DNA of 63,556 nt, counting the filler, from Octopus bimaculoides (taxonomy: Eukaryota), in assembly GCF_001194135.2 (NCBI RefSeq). It is 8 parts of 8 records of this genome, joined end to end, with 100 filler letters (N's around TTAATTAATTAA, not from the genome) between each part and the next. Parts side by side here need not be neighbours in the genome. Positions count along the whole stretch, not along the records: positions 24,923 to 42,817 come from NW_026429143.1; positions 42,918 to 46,285 come from NC_068987.1; positions 46,386 to 53,713 come from NC_068994.1; 5 more parts are not named here. The stretch is one strand, 5' to 3'. Below the pieces are notes generated by a model. The model had not been told where the DNA came from. It ran no database searches and worked only from the letters and a program-made list of their open reading frames with translations. The position numbers and the translations under genes were made by a program. Shown piece after piece: positions 37,406 through 51,900 of this stretch (position 1 is its first letter; the number at the start of each line of letters is the position of its first letter).

Positions 37406-38562
37406 NNNNNNNNNNNNNNNNNNNNNNNNNNNNNNNNNNNNNNNNNNNNNNNNNNNNNNNNNNNNNNNNNNNNNNNNNNNNNNNNNNNNNNNNNNNNNNN
37501 NNNNNNNNNNNNNNNNNNNNNNNNNNNNNNNNNNNNNNNNNNNNNNNNNNNNNNNNNNNNNNNNNNNNNNNNNNNNNNNNNNNNNNNNNNNNNNNNNNNN
37601 NNNNNNNNNNNNNNNNNNNNNNNNNNNNNNNNNNNNNNNNNNNNNNNNNNNNNNNNNNNNNNNNNNNNNNNNNNNNNNNNNNNNNNNNNNNNNNNNNNNN
37701 NNNNNNNNNNNNNNNNNNNNNNNNNNNNNNNNNNNNNNNNNNNNNNNNNNNNNNNNNNNNNNNNNNNNNNNNNNNNNNNNNNNNNNNNNNNNNNNNNNNN
37801 NNNNNNNNNNNNNNNNNNNNNNNNNNNNNNNNNNNNNNNNNNNNNNNNNNNNNNNNNNNNNNNNNNNNNNNNNNNNNNNNNNNNNNNNNNNNNNNNNNNN
37901 NNNNNNNNNNNNNNNNNNNNNNNNNNNNNNNNNNNNNNNNNNNNNNNNNNNNNNNNNNNNNNNNNNNNNNNNNNNNNNNNNNNNNNNNNNNNNNNNNNNN
38001 NNNNNNNNNNNNNNNNNNNNNNNNNNNNNNNNNNNNNNNNNNNNNNNNNNNNNNNNNNNNNNNNNNNNNNNNNNNNNNNNNNNNNNNNNNNNNNNNNNNN
38101 NNNNNNNNNNNNNNNNNNNNNNNNNNNNNNNNNNNNNNNNNNNNNNNNNNNNNNNNNNNNNNNNNNNNNNNNNNNNNNNNNNNNNNNNNNNNNNNNNNNN
38201 NNNNNNNNNNNNNNNNNNNNNNNNNNNNNNNNNNNNNNNNNNNNNNNNNNNNNNNNNNNNNNNNNNNNNNNNNNNNNNNNNNNNNNNNNNNNNNNNNNNN
38301 NNNNNNNNNNNNNNNNNNNNNNNNNNNNNNNNNNNNNNNNNNNNNNNNNNNNNNNNNNNNNNNNNNNNNNNNNNNNNNNNNNTATATATATATATATATA
38401 TTTCAATGCGGAGCAATATAATGTACTAGAAAAAATAATTCATGAAAAATAATTTGCGAAAATATCATTAACTCTGTTATTATCTACTGTAACAATTTAG
38501 GAATAGTAATAACAGAATTAATAATATAGGCTATTGCAGGCCCAGAAAAAGCATTAAATAGC

Positions 38563-38878
38563 TGAAAGATTAAAATTAATCAAAGGACATAGTATGTCTA
38601 CCTGCTGGAAATAACAGTCAAAACTCATATTTAAATTGCCAAAATATACTGATGATAACTACAGAAGTCAACTGTCCGAAGGAAAACGAGCTAAGACAAT
38701 CTCATAACGTATATTCAAAGTATTTGGACCGGTTTCTACACTGACAAAAATGGCCTTCGAACAGATGATTTCTGTAGTTATGATCAGTGTATTTTAGCAA
38801 TTTAAATAAGAGTTTTGACTGTTATTTCCAGCAGGTAGACATACTTAGTATGTGCCTTGATTAATTTTAATTCTTTAG
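38563..38878. mobile_element. MITE
   Basis: About 80-bp inverted ends containing gtatgtctacctgctggaaataacagtcaaaactc / gagttttgactgttatttccagcaggtagacatac. Confidence 0.8.
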
Positions 38879-38879
38879 T

Positions 38880-38916
<37 letters not shown>

Positions 38917-39888
38917 NNNNNNNNNNNNNNNNNNNNNNNNNNNNNNNNNNNNNNNNNNNNNNNNNNNNNNNNNNNNNNNNNNNNNNNNNNNNNNNNNNNN
39001 NNNNNNNNNNNNNNNNNNNNNNNNNNNNNNNNNNNNNNNNNNNNNNNNNNNNNNNNNNNNNNNNNNNNNNNNNNNNNNNNNNNNNNNNNNNNNNNNNNNN
39101 NNNNNNNNNNNNNNNNNNNNNNNNNNNNNNNNNNNNNNNNNNNNNNNNNNNNNNNNNNNNNNNNNNNNNNNNNNNNNNNNNNNNNNNNNNNNNNNNNNNN
39201 NNNNNNNNNNNNNNNNNNNNNNNNNNNNNNNNNNNNNNNNNNNNNNNNNNNNNNNNNNNNNNNNNNNNNNNNNNNNNNNNNNNNNNNNNNNNNNNNNNNN
39301 NNNNNNNNNNNNNNNNNNNNNNNNNNNNNNNNNNNNNNNNNNNNNNNNNNNNNNNNNNNNNNNNNNNNNNNNNNNNNNNNNNNNNNNNNNNNNNNNNNNN
39401 NNNNNNNNNNNNNNNNNNNNNNNNNNNNNNNNNNNNNNNNNNNNNNNNNNNNNNNNNNNNNNNNNNNNNNNNNNNNNNNNNNNNNNNNNNNNNNNNNNNN
39501 NNNNNNNNNNNNNNNNNNNNNNNNNNNNNNNNNNNNNNNNNNNNNNNNNNNNNNNNNNNNNNNNNNNNNNNNNNNNNNNNNNNNNNNNNNNNNNNNNNNN
39601 NNNNNNNNNNNNNNNNNNNNNNNNNNNNNNNNNNNNNNNNNNNNNNNNNNNNNNNNNNNNNNNNNNNNNNNNNNNNNNNNNNNNNNNNNNNNNNNNNNNN
39701 NNNNNNNNNNNNNNNNNNNNNNNNNNNNNNNNNNNNNNNNNNNNNNNNNNNNNNNNNNNNNNNNNNNNNNNNNNNNNNNNNNNNNNNNNNNNNNNNNNNN
39801 NNNNNNNNNNNNNNNNNNNNNNNNNNNNNNNNNNNNNNNNNNNNNNNNNNNNNNNNNNNNNNNNNNNNNNNNNNNNNNNNNNNNNNNN

Positions 39889-39951
<63 letters not shown>

Positions 39952-40919
39952 AAGAAAGAAAAAAGGAGAGAGGAGGAGAGAGAGGAAAGCGATTCCAAGT
40001 ACTTGATTAGAGTACGGCCTCTCGGACGGGTCGAAGTTGAACTAGGCAGGATTTGAGTTACTACCACTACTACTACTACTAACCATTACTACTATTGCAG
40101 GTGGTAGAGGTTGTGGTAGCGGAGGCGGCGGCGGCGGCGGTGGTGGTGGTGGTGGTGGTTGTACTAAAATGCGTAATTCCTCCCACCATAGCAATCCATG
40201 GCTTCCAGTTGGATATACAAACAAATAGTCTAATTTTTATTGCTATTGTTATTGTTGTGAATTCCAGATAAGTTCTTAATGAATAGATGTGTGATCAAAA
40301 TCATTCCAGCCATGACTATTCCGTCAGTATTTCTGTCAGTGTATCTAGGAATACTTTACCCAAAGTGTGAGCAAGTGATGTGTGTCTATTCATGTATGTG
40401 CGTATGTATGTATGTATGTATGTATGTGAATGTGTATGTATCGTCTATATACATGTATGTGCATGTATCATTTACCTTTTACTAGTTTCAGTCATTAGAC
40501 TGCGGCCATGCTGGAGTATGGCCTTGAATAATTTTTAACCGAATGAATCGACCACAGTACTTAATTTTTTTTGCTAAGCCCGGTACTTATTCTATCAGTT
40601 ACTTTTGCCGAACCGCTAACTTACGGGGACGTAAGATTATCAACACTAATTGTCAAGCAGTGGGGACACACGCGCGCGCGCGCATATATGTATTCGTTTA
40701 TTCGTTTACTTGTTTCAGTCATTTCCTTGCGGCCATACTCAGGCACCGCCTTAAACGGTTTTAGTCAAACAAATCGACCCCAGGAATTATTCTTTGTAAG
40801 CCTATTACTTATTCTATCGGAATCTTTTGCCGAACTACTAAGTTATGGGGACGTAAACACACCAGCGTCGGTTGTCAAGCGATGGCGAGGGGACAAATAC
40901 AGACACAAACACATAAAAG

Positions 40920-40991
<72 letters not shown>

Positions 40992-41989
40992 CTGATTGAT
41001 TGATTGATTGATAAATACGACGGGTTTCTTTCAGTTTCCGTCTATCAAATCCACTCACAAGGCTTTGGTCAGCCAGAAACTATTATAGTAGAGGACAGTT
41101 GCCCAAGGTGCCAATTTATCTGATGTTCTAACAACGCCTTATCGATGCGTGATTGTGNNNNNNNNNNNNNNNNNNNNNNNNNNNNNNNNNNNNNNNNNNN
41201 NNNNNNNNNNNNNNNNNNNNNNNNNNNNNNNNNNNNNNNNNNNNNNNNNNNNNNNNNNNNNNNNNNNNNNNNNNNNNNNNNNNNNNNNNNNNNNNNNNNN
41301 NNNNNNNNNNNNNNNNNNNNNNNNNNNNNNNNNNNNNNNNNNNNNNNNNNNNNNNNNNNNNNNNNNNNNNNNNNNNNNNNNNNNNNNNNNNNNNNNNNNN
41401 NNNNNNNNNNNNNNNNNNNNNNNNNNNNNNNNNNNNNNNNNNNNNNNNNNNNNNNNNNNNNNNNNNNNNNNNNNNNNNNNNNNNNNNNNNNNNNNNNNNN
41501 NNNNNNNNNNNNNNNNNNNNNNNNNNNNNNNNNNNNNNNNNNNNNNNNNNNNNNNNNNNNNNNNNNNNNNNNNNNNNNNNNNNNNNNNNNNNNNNNNNNN
41601 NNNNNNNNNNNNNNNNNNNNNNNNNNNNNNNNNNNNNNNNNNNNNNNNNNNNNNNNNCTGCGTGACACCTTGGGCAAGTGTCTTCTACTATAACTTCGGG
41701 CCGACCAAAGCCTTGTGAGTGGATTTGGTAGACGGAAACTGAAAGAAGCCCGTCGTACATATGTATATGTATATATATGTGTGTCTGTGTTTATCCCCCC
41801 ACCATCGCTTGACAACCGATGCTGGTGTGTTTACGTCCCCGTCACCTAACGGTTCGGCAAAAAGAGACCGACAGAATAAGTACTAGGCTTACAGGGAATA
41901 AGTCCTGGGGTCAATTTTCTCGACTAAAGGCGGTGCTCCAGCATGGCCGCAGTCAAATGACTGAAACAAGTAAAAGAGTAAAAAGAGTA

Positions 41990-42027
<38 letters not shown>

Positions 42028-42029
42028 TG

Positions 42030-42363
42030 AGACCCCCTTCTGTCATGAATGGCTATGGGATTGCACCTAGACTGTTACCGTCCCAGGCACAAGTCCGGGC
42101 AAGGTTGTTTTTTATGGAAGACCAGTAGTCGCCCATGCATACCGGCCTCTCCTCTCCATGCCACCGATGTTATCCAAGGGAAAGGCAAAGCGAGATACTG
42201 CTTGGCACCTCTGACGTCACAACTCATTACTACAGCTGAGTGAACTGGAGCAACGGGAAGTAAAGTGTCTTGCTCAAGAACACAACACGCAGCCCGGTCG
42301 GGGATTCGAACTCACAACCTGACGATCGTAAACTCGAGGCTCTAACCACTGAGCCATGCGCTT
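42030..42363 (-). mobile_element. tRNA-derived SINE family C (CORE-like body). Degenerate copies at 8175-8290(-) and 14795-14895(+)
   Basis: Reverse complement gcgcatggctcagtggttagagc..gagttcgaatccc (A and B boxes), then gttgtgttcttgagcaagacacttt..gctccagttcactcagctg. Confidence 0.8.
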
Positions 42364-42364
42364 T

Positions 42365-42396
<32 letters not shown>

Positions 42397-42457
42397 CATG
42401 TATATATAGCATATGCATATGTATGTGTGTGTGTCTGTGTGTGTGTATGTGAGTGCG

Positions 42458-42513
<56 letters not shown>

Positions 42514-43868
42514 TGTGTGTGTGTGGTCACATTTGCAAAAACATTTATGAATACAGCGCAATGAATTTGTGAGTGCAAGTCTCTATATAAGTATAAATAT
42601 ATAAATATGCAATCGTTTCATAACTCATAACAATTTATTACGTAGTTTTGAAATTTACTTTCATTTTATAAGCTTTTATCTGGTTTGGGAATATCTTGTT
42701 GACAACTGCGCAGTAAATCTGTGGGAGGGAGGAAATAAAGCAGTATTCTTAGAAAAAGCAAAAATAGGTGGCGTTATTATGCAACAGATACGAAACATGA
42801 ATGAACATGTCCAGTTCNNNNNNNNNNNNNNNNNNNNNNNNNNNNNNNNNNNNNNNNNNNNTTAATTAATTAANNNNNNNNNNNNNNNNNNNNNNNNNNN
42901 NNNNNNNNNNNNNNNNNTATGTGTGTGTATATGTTTGTGTGTCTGTTTTTGTCCCCCCACCATCGCTTGACAACCGATGCTGGTGTGTTTACATTCCTGT
43001 AACTTAGCGGTTTGGCAAAAGGAACAGATAGAATAAGTACGAGGTTTAAATCCCTGGGGTCGACTTCTTCGACTAAAGGCGGTGCTCTAGCATGGCCGCA
43101 TTCAAATGGCTGAAACATGTAAAGGAGTAAGGAATTAAGTGGAAATTTTACCGGTGTGTGTATGTTAAATTATAAGTCACTAAAAGAGAACGAGTCTCCC
43201 CGGACACAACAGAATAATTGTATAGAGTTACGTCCCTTACATGAAGGATCTTTATGCAGGCTTTTGCATGCGACTCGCTAGAAATACCAACCAAATTGCG
43301 TGAAATCACACAGCTTAGCGACTAAAAAGAAACAGAAAATAAATGAAAGGTACGTTGGGTATATAGCACCAAGATAGACTAAAAGATAAAAAGAAAAACG
43401 ACTTTTATGGACGGTCTGCTCACTCGGAGTGAACTAGAAGCAAAACAACAACAGGGACGTAAATACACCAACACTGGTTGTCAAGCGGCGGCAGGGGACA
43501 AACACAGATACAAAAACACACGCATACACACACGCACGCACGCACAACAGACTTCTTTCAGTTTCCGTCTACCGAATCCACTCACAAGGCATTGATCGGC
43601 CCGAAGCTATAGTAGAAGATATTTACCTAATGTGCCGCACAGTGGAACTGAACCCGGAATCATGTGGTTGGTAGGCAAGCTTCTTACCACACAGCCACAC
43701 CTGACCCTATGTGAATGATTTTGTTTTAATGACATCGGATCATTTCAGATGTTTGTGTTGAAAACCATATTAGAGTTTCAGTACAGCAAACATTATCATT
43801 TTTTCTTTCTTTTTTTTAGCTCCCCTACGCATGCGTTTCTACCCACCCCCTCTCACACACCACTGACT

Positions 43869-44220
43869 TTGTTTCCTCATAATTTCCTGAAAAATTGGCA
43901 TTTTTTTAATGAAATTTTCTACAAATACCTTTCAGATTATATAGACTACGATGATATCGGAATTTAATGCGAAAACAAAAATCGATGAGTGCGCATGTAC
44001 ATATTGCCGTACATCACATAAAAATCTACAAAACGAAACTTGAAATTTTGAAAAAATTACATGATGCATGTCAATTCGCATGCGTGCGCACCCACCAGTT
44101 TTTGATTTTCGCTTTAAATTCCACTATATTCGGAATCTACACTAGCTGGTAAATATTTGTAGAAAATTTCATTAAAAATTCCTATTTCTTTTATTCATTT
44201 TGTAAGTTATGAGGAAACAA
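43869..44220. mobile_element. MITE
   Basis: Inverted ends ttgtttcctcataa..aatgaaattttctacaaata / tatttgtagaaaatttcatt..ttatgaggaaacaa. Confidence 0.7.
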
Positions 44221-45164
44221 GTCGAAAGATGTGATTTATCCGAAACTCCTCTCCTTCTGAAATGAAACGATTTTCGCAACAAATTCCGATATTGTCGGAA
44301 TCTACACTATCTGAAAGGTATTTGTAGAATATTTCACTAAAAATACTCATTTAAACGGACAAAAGAGAACGCAGCTCCATTAACGGTCAAAGCCAACATT
44401 CATTGGCAAGACTGCAAACAATGAAAATTTTGGAAGTAAAAAAATATAAATAATAAATGAATGGAAATCGAACCGATGTGTGTGTTAGATAAGGCGTTAA
44501 AACAATATAACTTTCCCCAAACACAACAACATTTTCTGAAAGTTATGAAGATATAAAGTCGAGGTATACTAGCGTAGGTATGCCCCTTTTTTTTATATAT
44601 ATTTCGTGTAATAAAGATATTTTAGACTGGAAGTCTTTAAAAGCAATACGAATAAAGCTAAATTTTACAGAAGATAAAAAAAAAACACTTCTGACAAGAT
44701 TTGAAACTGGAATTCAGAGGTATGAAAGGAAATAATCATCAATTTAGATAGATTAGCAGATTCGTTAGAATATCGGATAGAATTGCTTTGCAGCATTTCA
44801 TCTAGTTCTCTGTACGGGGGCAATACAGTTTCGAACCTTTCCTTGAAAATGCATTTTTTTGGAAAAAAANNNNNNNNNNNNNNNNNNNNNNNNNNNNNNN
44901 NNNNNNNNNNNNNNNNNNNNNNNNNNNNNNNNNNNNNNNNNNNNNNNNNNNNNNNNNNNNNNNNNNNNNNNNNNNNNNNNNNNNNNNNNNNNNNNNNNNN
45001 NNNNNNNNNNNNNNNNNNNNNNNNNNNNNNNNNNNNNNNNNNNNNNNNNNNNNNNNNNNNNNNNNNNNNNNNNNNNNNNNNNNNNNNNNNNNNNNNNNNN
45101 NNNNNNNNNNNNNNNNNNNNNNNNNNNNNATATAGATATGTGTATAAAGAGATAGATTGATATG

Positions 45165-45690
45165 AATGTCTTCCTGGGGCTAAAAACAACAGTAATACCG
45201 TCATTTATAGGACCGCCACATTTAGTTGACAAATATATTTTATGAATGAACGGACAGGGATAAATAGATAGACAGATAAATAAATAAATGGATGAAACAG
45301 TTCAAAATTGGGGGAGGGGTGAAATTTGAGCCCTTTATTAAACTTTATAACATTAATTATTAAGCATTAATGTTCGTTTCTCATAAAATGGCGTATATTG
45401 AGAACTACTTAATATCGTCAACCAGTATTTGTCACACGCTGATGACGAGTCAACACCCAGAAACTCGGGTCCGTGTGTATCACGTCAGGCTGGAGATGAG
45501 AGGGATGACTTCCCTTTACAAATACTGATAGGGCACAGAAAGTGTGTCAATAACCAGCTGGAAGAGACATCTTCCTGGGGCTACAGCTACAGTAGCATCA
45601 ACCCTTAAGGGTTAGCCACATTTAAGTGGCAAATATACTTCACGATGTCGTGCAGCTAATGTTTATACCACGTTGAGAGATTTATTATTG
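45165..45690 (+). mobile_element. Hammerhead-headed structured element, same family as 4527-4788, with a partial upstream copy at about 45165-45240
   Basis: Shared motifs gg.cacag.aa.tgtgtcaa, ggaag..cttcct.gg, acagtag, ccctt.aggg, cacatt.aagt and tgagagattta in the same order and similar spacing. Confidence 0.7.
45433..45477 (+). ncRNA. Minimal type I hammerhead ribozyme variant (second, diverged copy)
   Basis: cacacg-CTGATGA-c-gagt caac accc-a-GAAAC-tcgg-GTC-cgtgtg. 6-bp stem I, stem II with one mismatch, stem III self-complementary with G-U. Confidence 0.65.
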
Positions 45691-46443
45691 GTGTATATTT
45701 AATTTACATTAAATTCTTATTTACGATTATTTAAGACAAACACAAGAAAAACATATTCATAAGTACATAACTAGAGTTTATTTTGTTCATCAACATCGTC
45801 GTCGTAGTCATCATCAACATATCATCGTCATTGTCATTGTCCTCATCGTCATCATCATCATCATCATCATTGTCATCGTCAACGTCATCATATTCGTCAT
45901 CGTCATCATCATCTCCATCATTAACCTTTAAAGATTGCATAGGGCCGGTTACCCGGTCTCCATGGCTCATAAGTGACCAAAAACACACAACATTCATCCC
46001 TGTTCACCTATCGCGGTTTATCATTTAAGCTTACGTCGATTCCTTCGTGGTGTTGTTTTGCATTTATAATAAAATAAATATATACGAATTATAAAAATAA
46101 TAAAAACAAATATACAGTACAGTATTGTTTCTACTTCGTGGATTTTCACCTATCGTGGGGGTTGGAAGGTAACACCCGCGATAGTCGAGGGATTACCGTA
46201 CTCGTATATCATTAAAACATCTTATTCACATGCCAACTTTCTGCCAAAATTTGAAATCTATCTATCTATCTATCTATCTATCTATNNNNNNNNNNNNNNN
46301 NNNNNNNNNNNNNNNNNNNNNNNNNNNNNTTAATTAATTAANNNNNNNNNNNNNNNNNNNNNNNNNNNNNNNNNNNNNNNNNNNNAGCCCGCTACGCATG
46401 CAAGACTCCAGATTTTCCAACAAAACCTGTTATAAAAAGAAAC

Positions 46444-46496
<53 letters not shown>

Positions 46497-47009
46497 TAAT
46501 ACTTTCTACTAAAGGCACAGGGGCTGAAATTTGGAGGGGAGGAGAGTAGACGATTACATCGACCACAGTGCTCTACTGGTACTTATCTTATCGACCCCAA
46601 AAGGATGAGAAGTAAAAATCGACCTCGGCGGAATTTGAACTCAGAACGTAAAGGCAGACGAAATGCCGCTATGCATCTTGCCCGGCGTGCTAACGATTCT
46701 AGCAGCTCACAGCCTTAACAACAACAACAATAGTAATAATAATAATAATAATAATCCTTTCTACTGAAGGCACAAGGCCTGAAATTGGAGGAAGGGGACT
46801 AGTCGAGTACATCAACCCCAGTATTTCACTAGTACTTCATTTATCGACCCCGAAAAGATGAGAAGCAAAGTCGATCTCGGCGAAATTTGAACTCGGACCG
46901 TAGCCATGGGCGAAGTACCGTTAAGAATTTCGTCCAGCGTGCTAACGATTTTGTCAGCTCGCCGCCTTAACAACAACAACAACAACAACAATTGTGTATA
47001 ATCCCAATT

Positions 47010-47760
47010 ATGCGAGGTTTTGGTGATATATCGTGGAGGATCGATTTCTGGAAGAGAATATGTGGTGTTATTTTATCGGGTAATGACTGTTAGGCGTGTG
47101 TTGTTATATTGCTTGTCTGTTTCGTGGTAATACCATAGTGAATATGTTTATGCGATTAGCGTTATTCTTATTGGGTGATAGTTGTGTAGAATATGTGTCA
47201 AGTGCAAAGACTTTACAGTGTAAATTTTGTTAGTGGAAAGTAAACGTCTTGTGTAAAATGTAAACTGCACTTAGCAGCCCTTTCATTTACGCTGTGTGAA
47301 ACATTATTAGCCCTGGTTTCGTTTGTGTGTTTTTGTTCACATATTTTTTGTTATATCTAGTGCTTCGCTATTGTTAGTACTGTTTTCACAATCGCGTTCC
47401 ACATTCTGTTTATTTCAATTACAAGAATCTTGTTATATACTTTGACAGTTGCTCAACATTTTTCAGTGCAATGGTTTGGGTTGACGGGTATCGAAATGTC
47501 TTTCAGAATACAGACATTTTAAATCTACTCCTTGATAATTATATCTGGATGGTTTTACCTTAATTTATTCGTTAATTTTGACAGACATATACATCTTAGA
47601 TGATTGGCAGGCCGTTATTATCTATTATGTTTCGTATATGTTTAAATCATTTCTTTTCCATTTTCCTGACAAAGCATCTGTATATTGACTTGTAGACATA
47701 TTTTCCAGCTTGAATGTGTCTTTGTACATACTTACACTTGGCAACAACCGGGCATCCTGA
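47010..47760 (-). mobile_element. Highly decayed retroelement RT/thumb relic (Penelope-like); further relics at about 49150-52400
   Basis: Y.VK..LT.IL.NYHP....I..YSL..Y......RL pattern, and PPCPII...P at about 49820(-). Many stops. Confidence 0.3.
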
Positions 47761-47951
47761 AATGATGTTGACTGATTGTATTATTGGTGAATTGGCCAAA
47801 TCGTTAGAGCGCCCCGCGGCTCTCGGTTCAAATCTCGCAGGCTAGTTTTGTCTTTCATCTCTGACGTGTCGATAAAATAAAGGACCAATGAAATACCGAG
47901 TTGACGTAATTGACTAACAATTCCAATAAAAATTGCTAGCCTTGTGCCTAA

Positions 47952-48035
<84 letters not shown>

Positions 48036-48039
48036 TAAA

Positions 48040-48252
48040 GTGGTGAGCTGGCAGAGTCAATTAGCACGCCGGGGAAAATGCTTAGCAGTATTTCGTCTGC
48101 CGCTATATTCTGAGTTCAAATTACGCCGAGGTCGACTTTGCCTTTCATCCTTTCGGGGTCGATAATTACCAGTGAAACACTGGACTGGGGTCAATGTAAT
48201 CGACTAGTCCCCTCCACCCAAAAGATTCAGGCCTTGTGCCTATAGTAGAAAG

Positions 48253-48255
<3 letters not shown>
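48040..48255 (+). mobile_element. tRNA-derived SINE family B. Others at 7096-7250(+), 16870-17094(-), 46500-46715(-), 46755-46968(-)
   Basis: gagctggcagaatcgttagcacgccggg..tctgagttcaaattccgccgaggtcgactttgcctttcatcctttcggggtcgat; often flanked by (ATT)n. Confidence 0.85.
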
Positions 48256-48287
<32 letters not shown>

Positions 48288-48303
48288 ATATTATTATTAT
48301 TAT

Positions 48304-48336
<33 letters not shown>

Positions 48337-48917
48337 ATATTATTANNNNNNNNNNNNNNNNNNNNNNNNNNNNNNNNNNNNNNNNNNNNNNNNNNNNNNN
48401 NNNNNNNNNNNNNNNNNNNNNNNNNNNNNNNNNNNNNNNNNNNNNNNNNNNNNNNNNNNNNNNNNNNNNNNNNNNNNNNNNNNNNNNNNNNNNNNNNNNN
48501 NNNNNNNNNNNNNNNNNNNNNNNNNNNNNNNNNNNNNNNNNNNNNNNNNNNNNNNNNNNNNNNNNNNNNNNNNNNNNNNNNNNNNNNNNNNNNNNNNNNN
48601 NNNNNNNNNNNNNNNNNNNNNNNNNNNNNNNNNNNNNNNNNNNNNNNNNNNNNNNNNNNNNNNNNNNNNNNNNNNNNNNNNNNNNNNNNNNNNNNNNNNN
48701 NNNNNNNNNNNNNNNNNNNNNNNNNNNNNNNNNNNNNNNNNNNNNNNNNNNNNNNNNNNNNNNNNNNNNNNNNNNNNNTATAACACAAAATAGATAAGTA
48801 TACGAAGTTTGAAAGTCTTTCGGTACCAAAAACACTACGTAAAACATTAATGAAAAATGTGGCCCCCGTTTTAAAAAAGATCCTTATTATTATTTATTAT
48901 TATTATTATCATTATTA

Positions 48918-48967
<50 letters not shown>

Positions 48968-51900
48968 AATATTATTGCTGTTGGTGATGTCGTTATGGAT
49001 TACATTTTATGTGCTCTTTTTTTTAAAAGTAGATTGTAATTTTTGTCTTGTATTGCGCGAATTTTTACAGAAGAGTGAGAAGCTTATTTTTTATATTTCT
49101 TTGCCGTATTTAGACTAAATATAACAACCCGAGCATTTGAAAATTATTTGATTAGCCATATTTCAACATGCTCCTTTGTAGGAAGATATAATCACTACAG
49201 CAGTTGTAAATAAACACGCCCCTAACCAAACATTTATGGAATAAAAACTTCAGATAGATTAAAAAAGACAAGTAAAAGAATCAAAAAGTAGTCTAAGCAT
49301 ACTGAACAACACATATACACTTGGAGAAAGTAACTTTGTGACCAACAATGGTGTCAAAATTGATTTAAATATTCTAAGTGAAAAAGCAAACAACAACAGC
49401 TTTCTTACATACAGGCTTTGTCAAATAAAAATAACGTTAAAAATTTGAGGGAAGGAGTATTTTGATCTTTTGAAAGCATAATTTCTAACAAGCGAGTTTT
49501 AGACACAAATAAGACAACTGCGTTGTAACATGACAAGCAAAAACAAGTGCATTTTTTTTCTGATTTTGTTAAAGAGGTGCGAAAGAGAATAAAATAGCTG
49601 GGCATTGCCGAAGACAGTGCGTCTTTCCTTGTTTTCTCCTGAGATCCCCCAGAAATCACCTTCACCTATGTGCACGGTGAAATCTCTTACATCATTGGAG
49701 GAAGCTCATACGGCACAATAAGTTTTGTTTTTAAAACTGAGGATGGAGGACAAGTTCGGTTAGCTTGGTTAATATGTCACACAACTGATCATTGATTGGA
49801 TACATAGAAACTGGGATGATAGGACACGGGGGTCATTAAAAAGACATAGTTGACGGTGTAAACTTTTGGTTTATGTTAAACCTCGTTGCCCAGGATAGGT
49901 GGTCAGCACTGAGCATTTTTCTTTTCAACCCTGTTCAAGCTTTTGCAAGTGTTGATTATGTATTGGCTTTTCCTGCCACCGTTTCAGCACTGCATACAGT
50001 AGCTTCTTTTCTTTAGCATAATGTTTAGCTTCTCGCAGTTTCTATTATTTCCTTTTTCTCCTCACATCTGTCACTTTAACCTCTGGCTTCTATTTTGTCT
50101 TCCTCAAAGACAGAAAACATTTTTATTTTGTTCGTGTTTTGTAGCTGTTAGTATTAGATTTTCGTTTTTTTCTTTGTTACTGGGAATTCTAGTAGTCTTA
50201 CAGTGGATATTTGAAAACAGTTTCTATATTCGTGATACTATATAATCTTTCTGTTAGCTTTTGCATACAGTTTTCTGAATGTAGTCAATATTTTTTTTCT
50301 GTCTAGTCTTACTAATTCATTTTGCGACTAATTGAGAATATTATAACTAACTTATAATGGGACAAAGCATTGATGCTTATTTTGTTTTGTCTTGTATCAT
50401 TTTTATTCTGATGCGTATATATAATTCCATCCTAACCTTTTTCATTTATATATGTTGTGTTCTGTGTACCTCATTAATTCATGAGTATTCGTAAGTCTCT
50501 ATTTAGTCTAAATCTCTTATCTCTGATTCTTTATTAGTGATCTTAATTAGTTTTCCTCTCCAGAAAGTTGCCTTCGCGTTTTTTGTAATTTGAATCTCAT
50601 ATCAATTTCTCTCATAAATCTAAGCGTTGTCTATTAGTTGTGTCTCTAGTTGTTTTTATCGACTATGGAGTTCGATTTCAGGTCGTCCACTTGCAAAAAT
50701 GATTGACTGGTCCCCCATGGCACAGTCTGGCTTAATATGTTGGTTAAATGTGTTAATGCCCCACCACCAAAATATCTAAGAAGTGGGTTAGTTTTTTTTT
50801 TTTTATAATTGTCTCTTTAAATCTCCATCTGCAGAACCATTTACCATTTAGTTAAAAATCCTTTTGCGGGGAATAGTATTGGAAATGATTTGGCTGTCAA
50901 ACTATGTAAGGCTCAGATCCTTCTTTCTCCACAAAGAGTCTTTGATCTCTACTGCTATAAGGGCCTTTGTACATATTCTGTTCTTCTGGAAACGACTTGC
51001 ATTTCAGTTAATTATTTATGCTATGCGATATTATTACAATTACTGTATGTAAACTGTTGGAGGACAGATTCTGTTGGTGGTTCTTTAGAATTTTCCGTTT
51101 ATTTTGCTTTTGGGTTTAAGATGGTTTACCTTTCAGTGAACTGGCAAGGTGCTTCTATTTATTTTGGTATGTTAATGAATAGCCATCTACACAGTATATT
51201 TAATGTACATACATTGTTGAAAAGCAAATTTACTGCGGTATTTGTCCTGAGATAACATACGTTCCGGGGGTGCTGTGCTTAAAAACAATATATATATCGG
51301 AGGAAGAGCATCATCTCCGAACACCAGATACATTTCGACCCCGTTGGATCTTTTCTATGGCGTGTACTTACAGCTAGCCATATGCTTAGACGAGGTTTCT
51401 CGCCTCCGATGTATAAGAAAACAGTGAAAACAATCACTAATGTTGCGAATAGTTGCTCGACTGAATAAAAGTCTGTCATATGAAATAGAAGCAGTATCAA
51501 ATTAAAATATCTGCCTATATATGTGCTTATTAAATATGTCAACCAGAATTTTGGGATATTCTTATTTGCTGATTTTGCTTTGTAGTGTCCGGTCTCATTG
51601 AGCTTAAATGACCTCTCACTATTATTCGGACAGTGCGTGTATTATCTTGAAAAACGTTGTCCGTCGTGGTACTGTCAATATGTATATTCCTTCCCGTTGT
51701 CGCTTTCAATAACGAAGACTTCTTTGGGATTTAGCGAGTATCTTTTGTTTTGGGCTTTTCTTTACTTCGGGTGCTTTATTGATTATGCCATAATTCTGTA
51801 ACATTTGTCTCTCACATTTTTTGTCAACATTGTATGTTTTATTGATTTCCCCAAAGCATGAGAGATCTTATATTTTTTCTATCCTTTTATCTGTATGTTT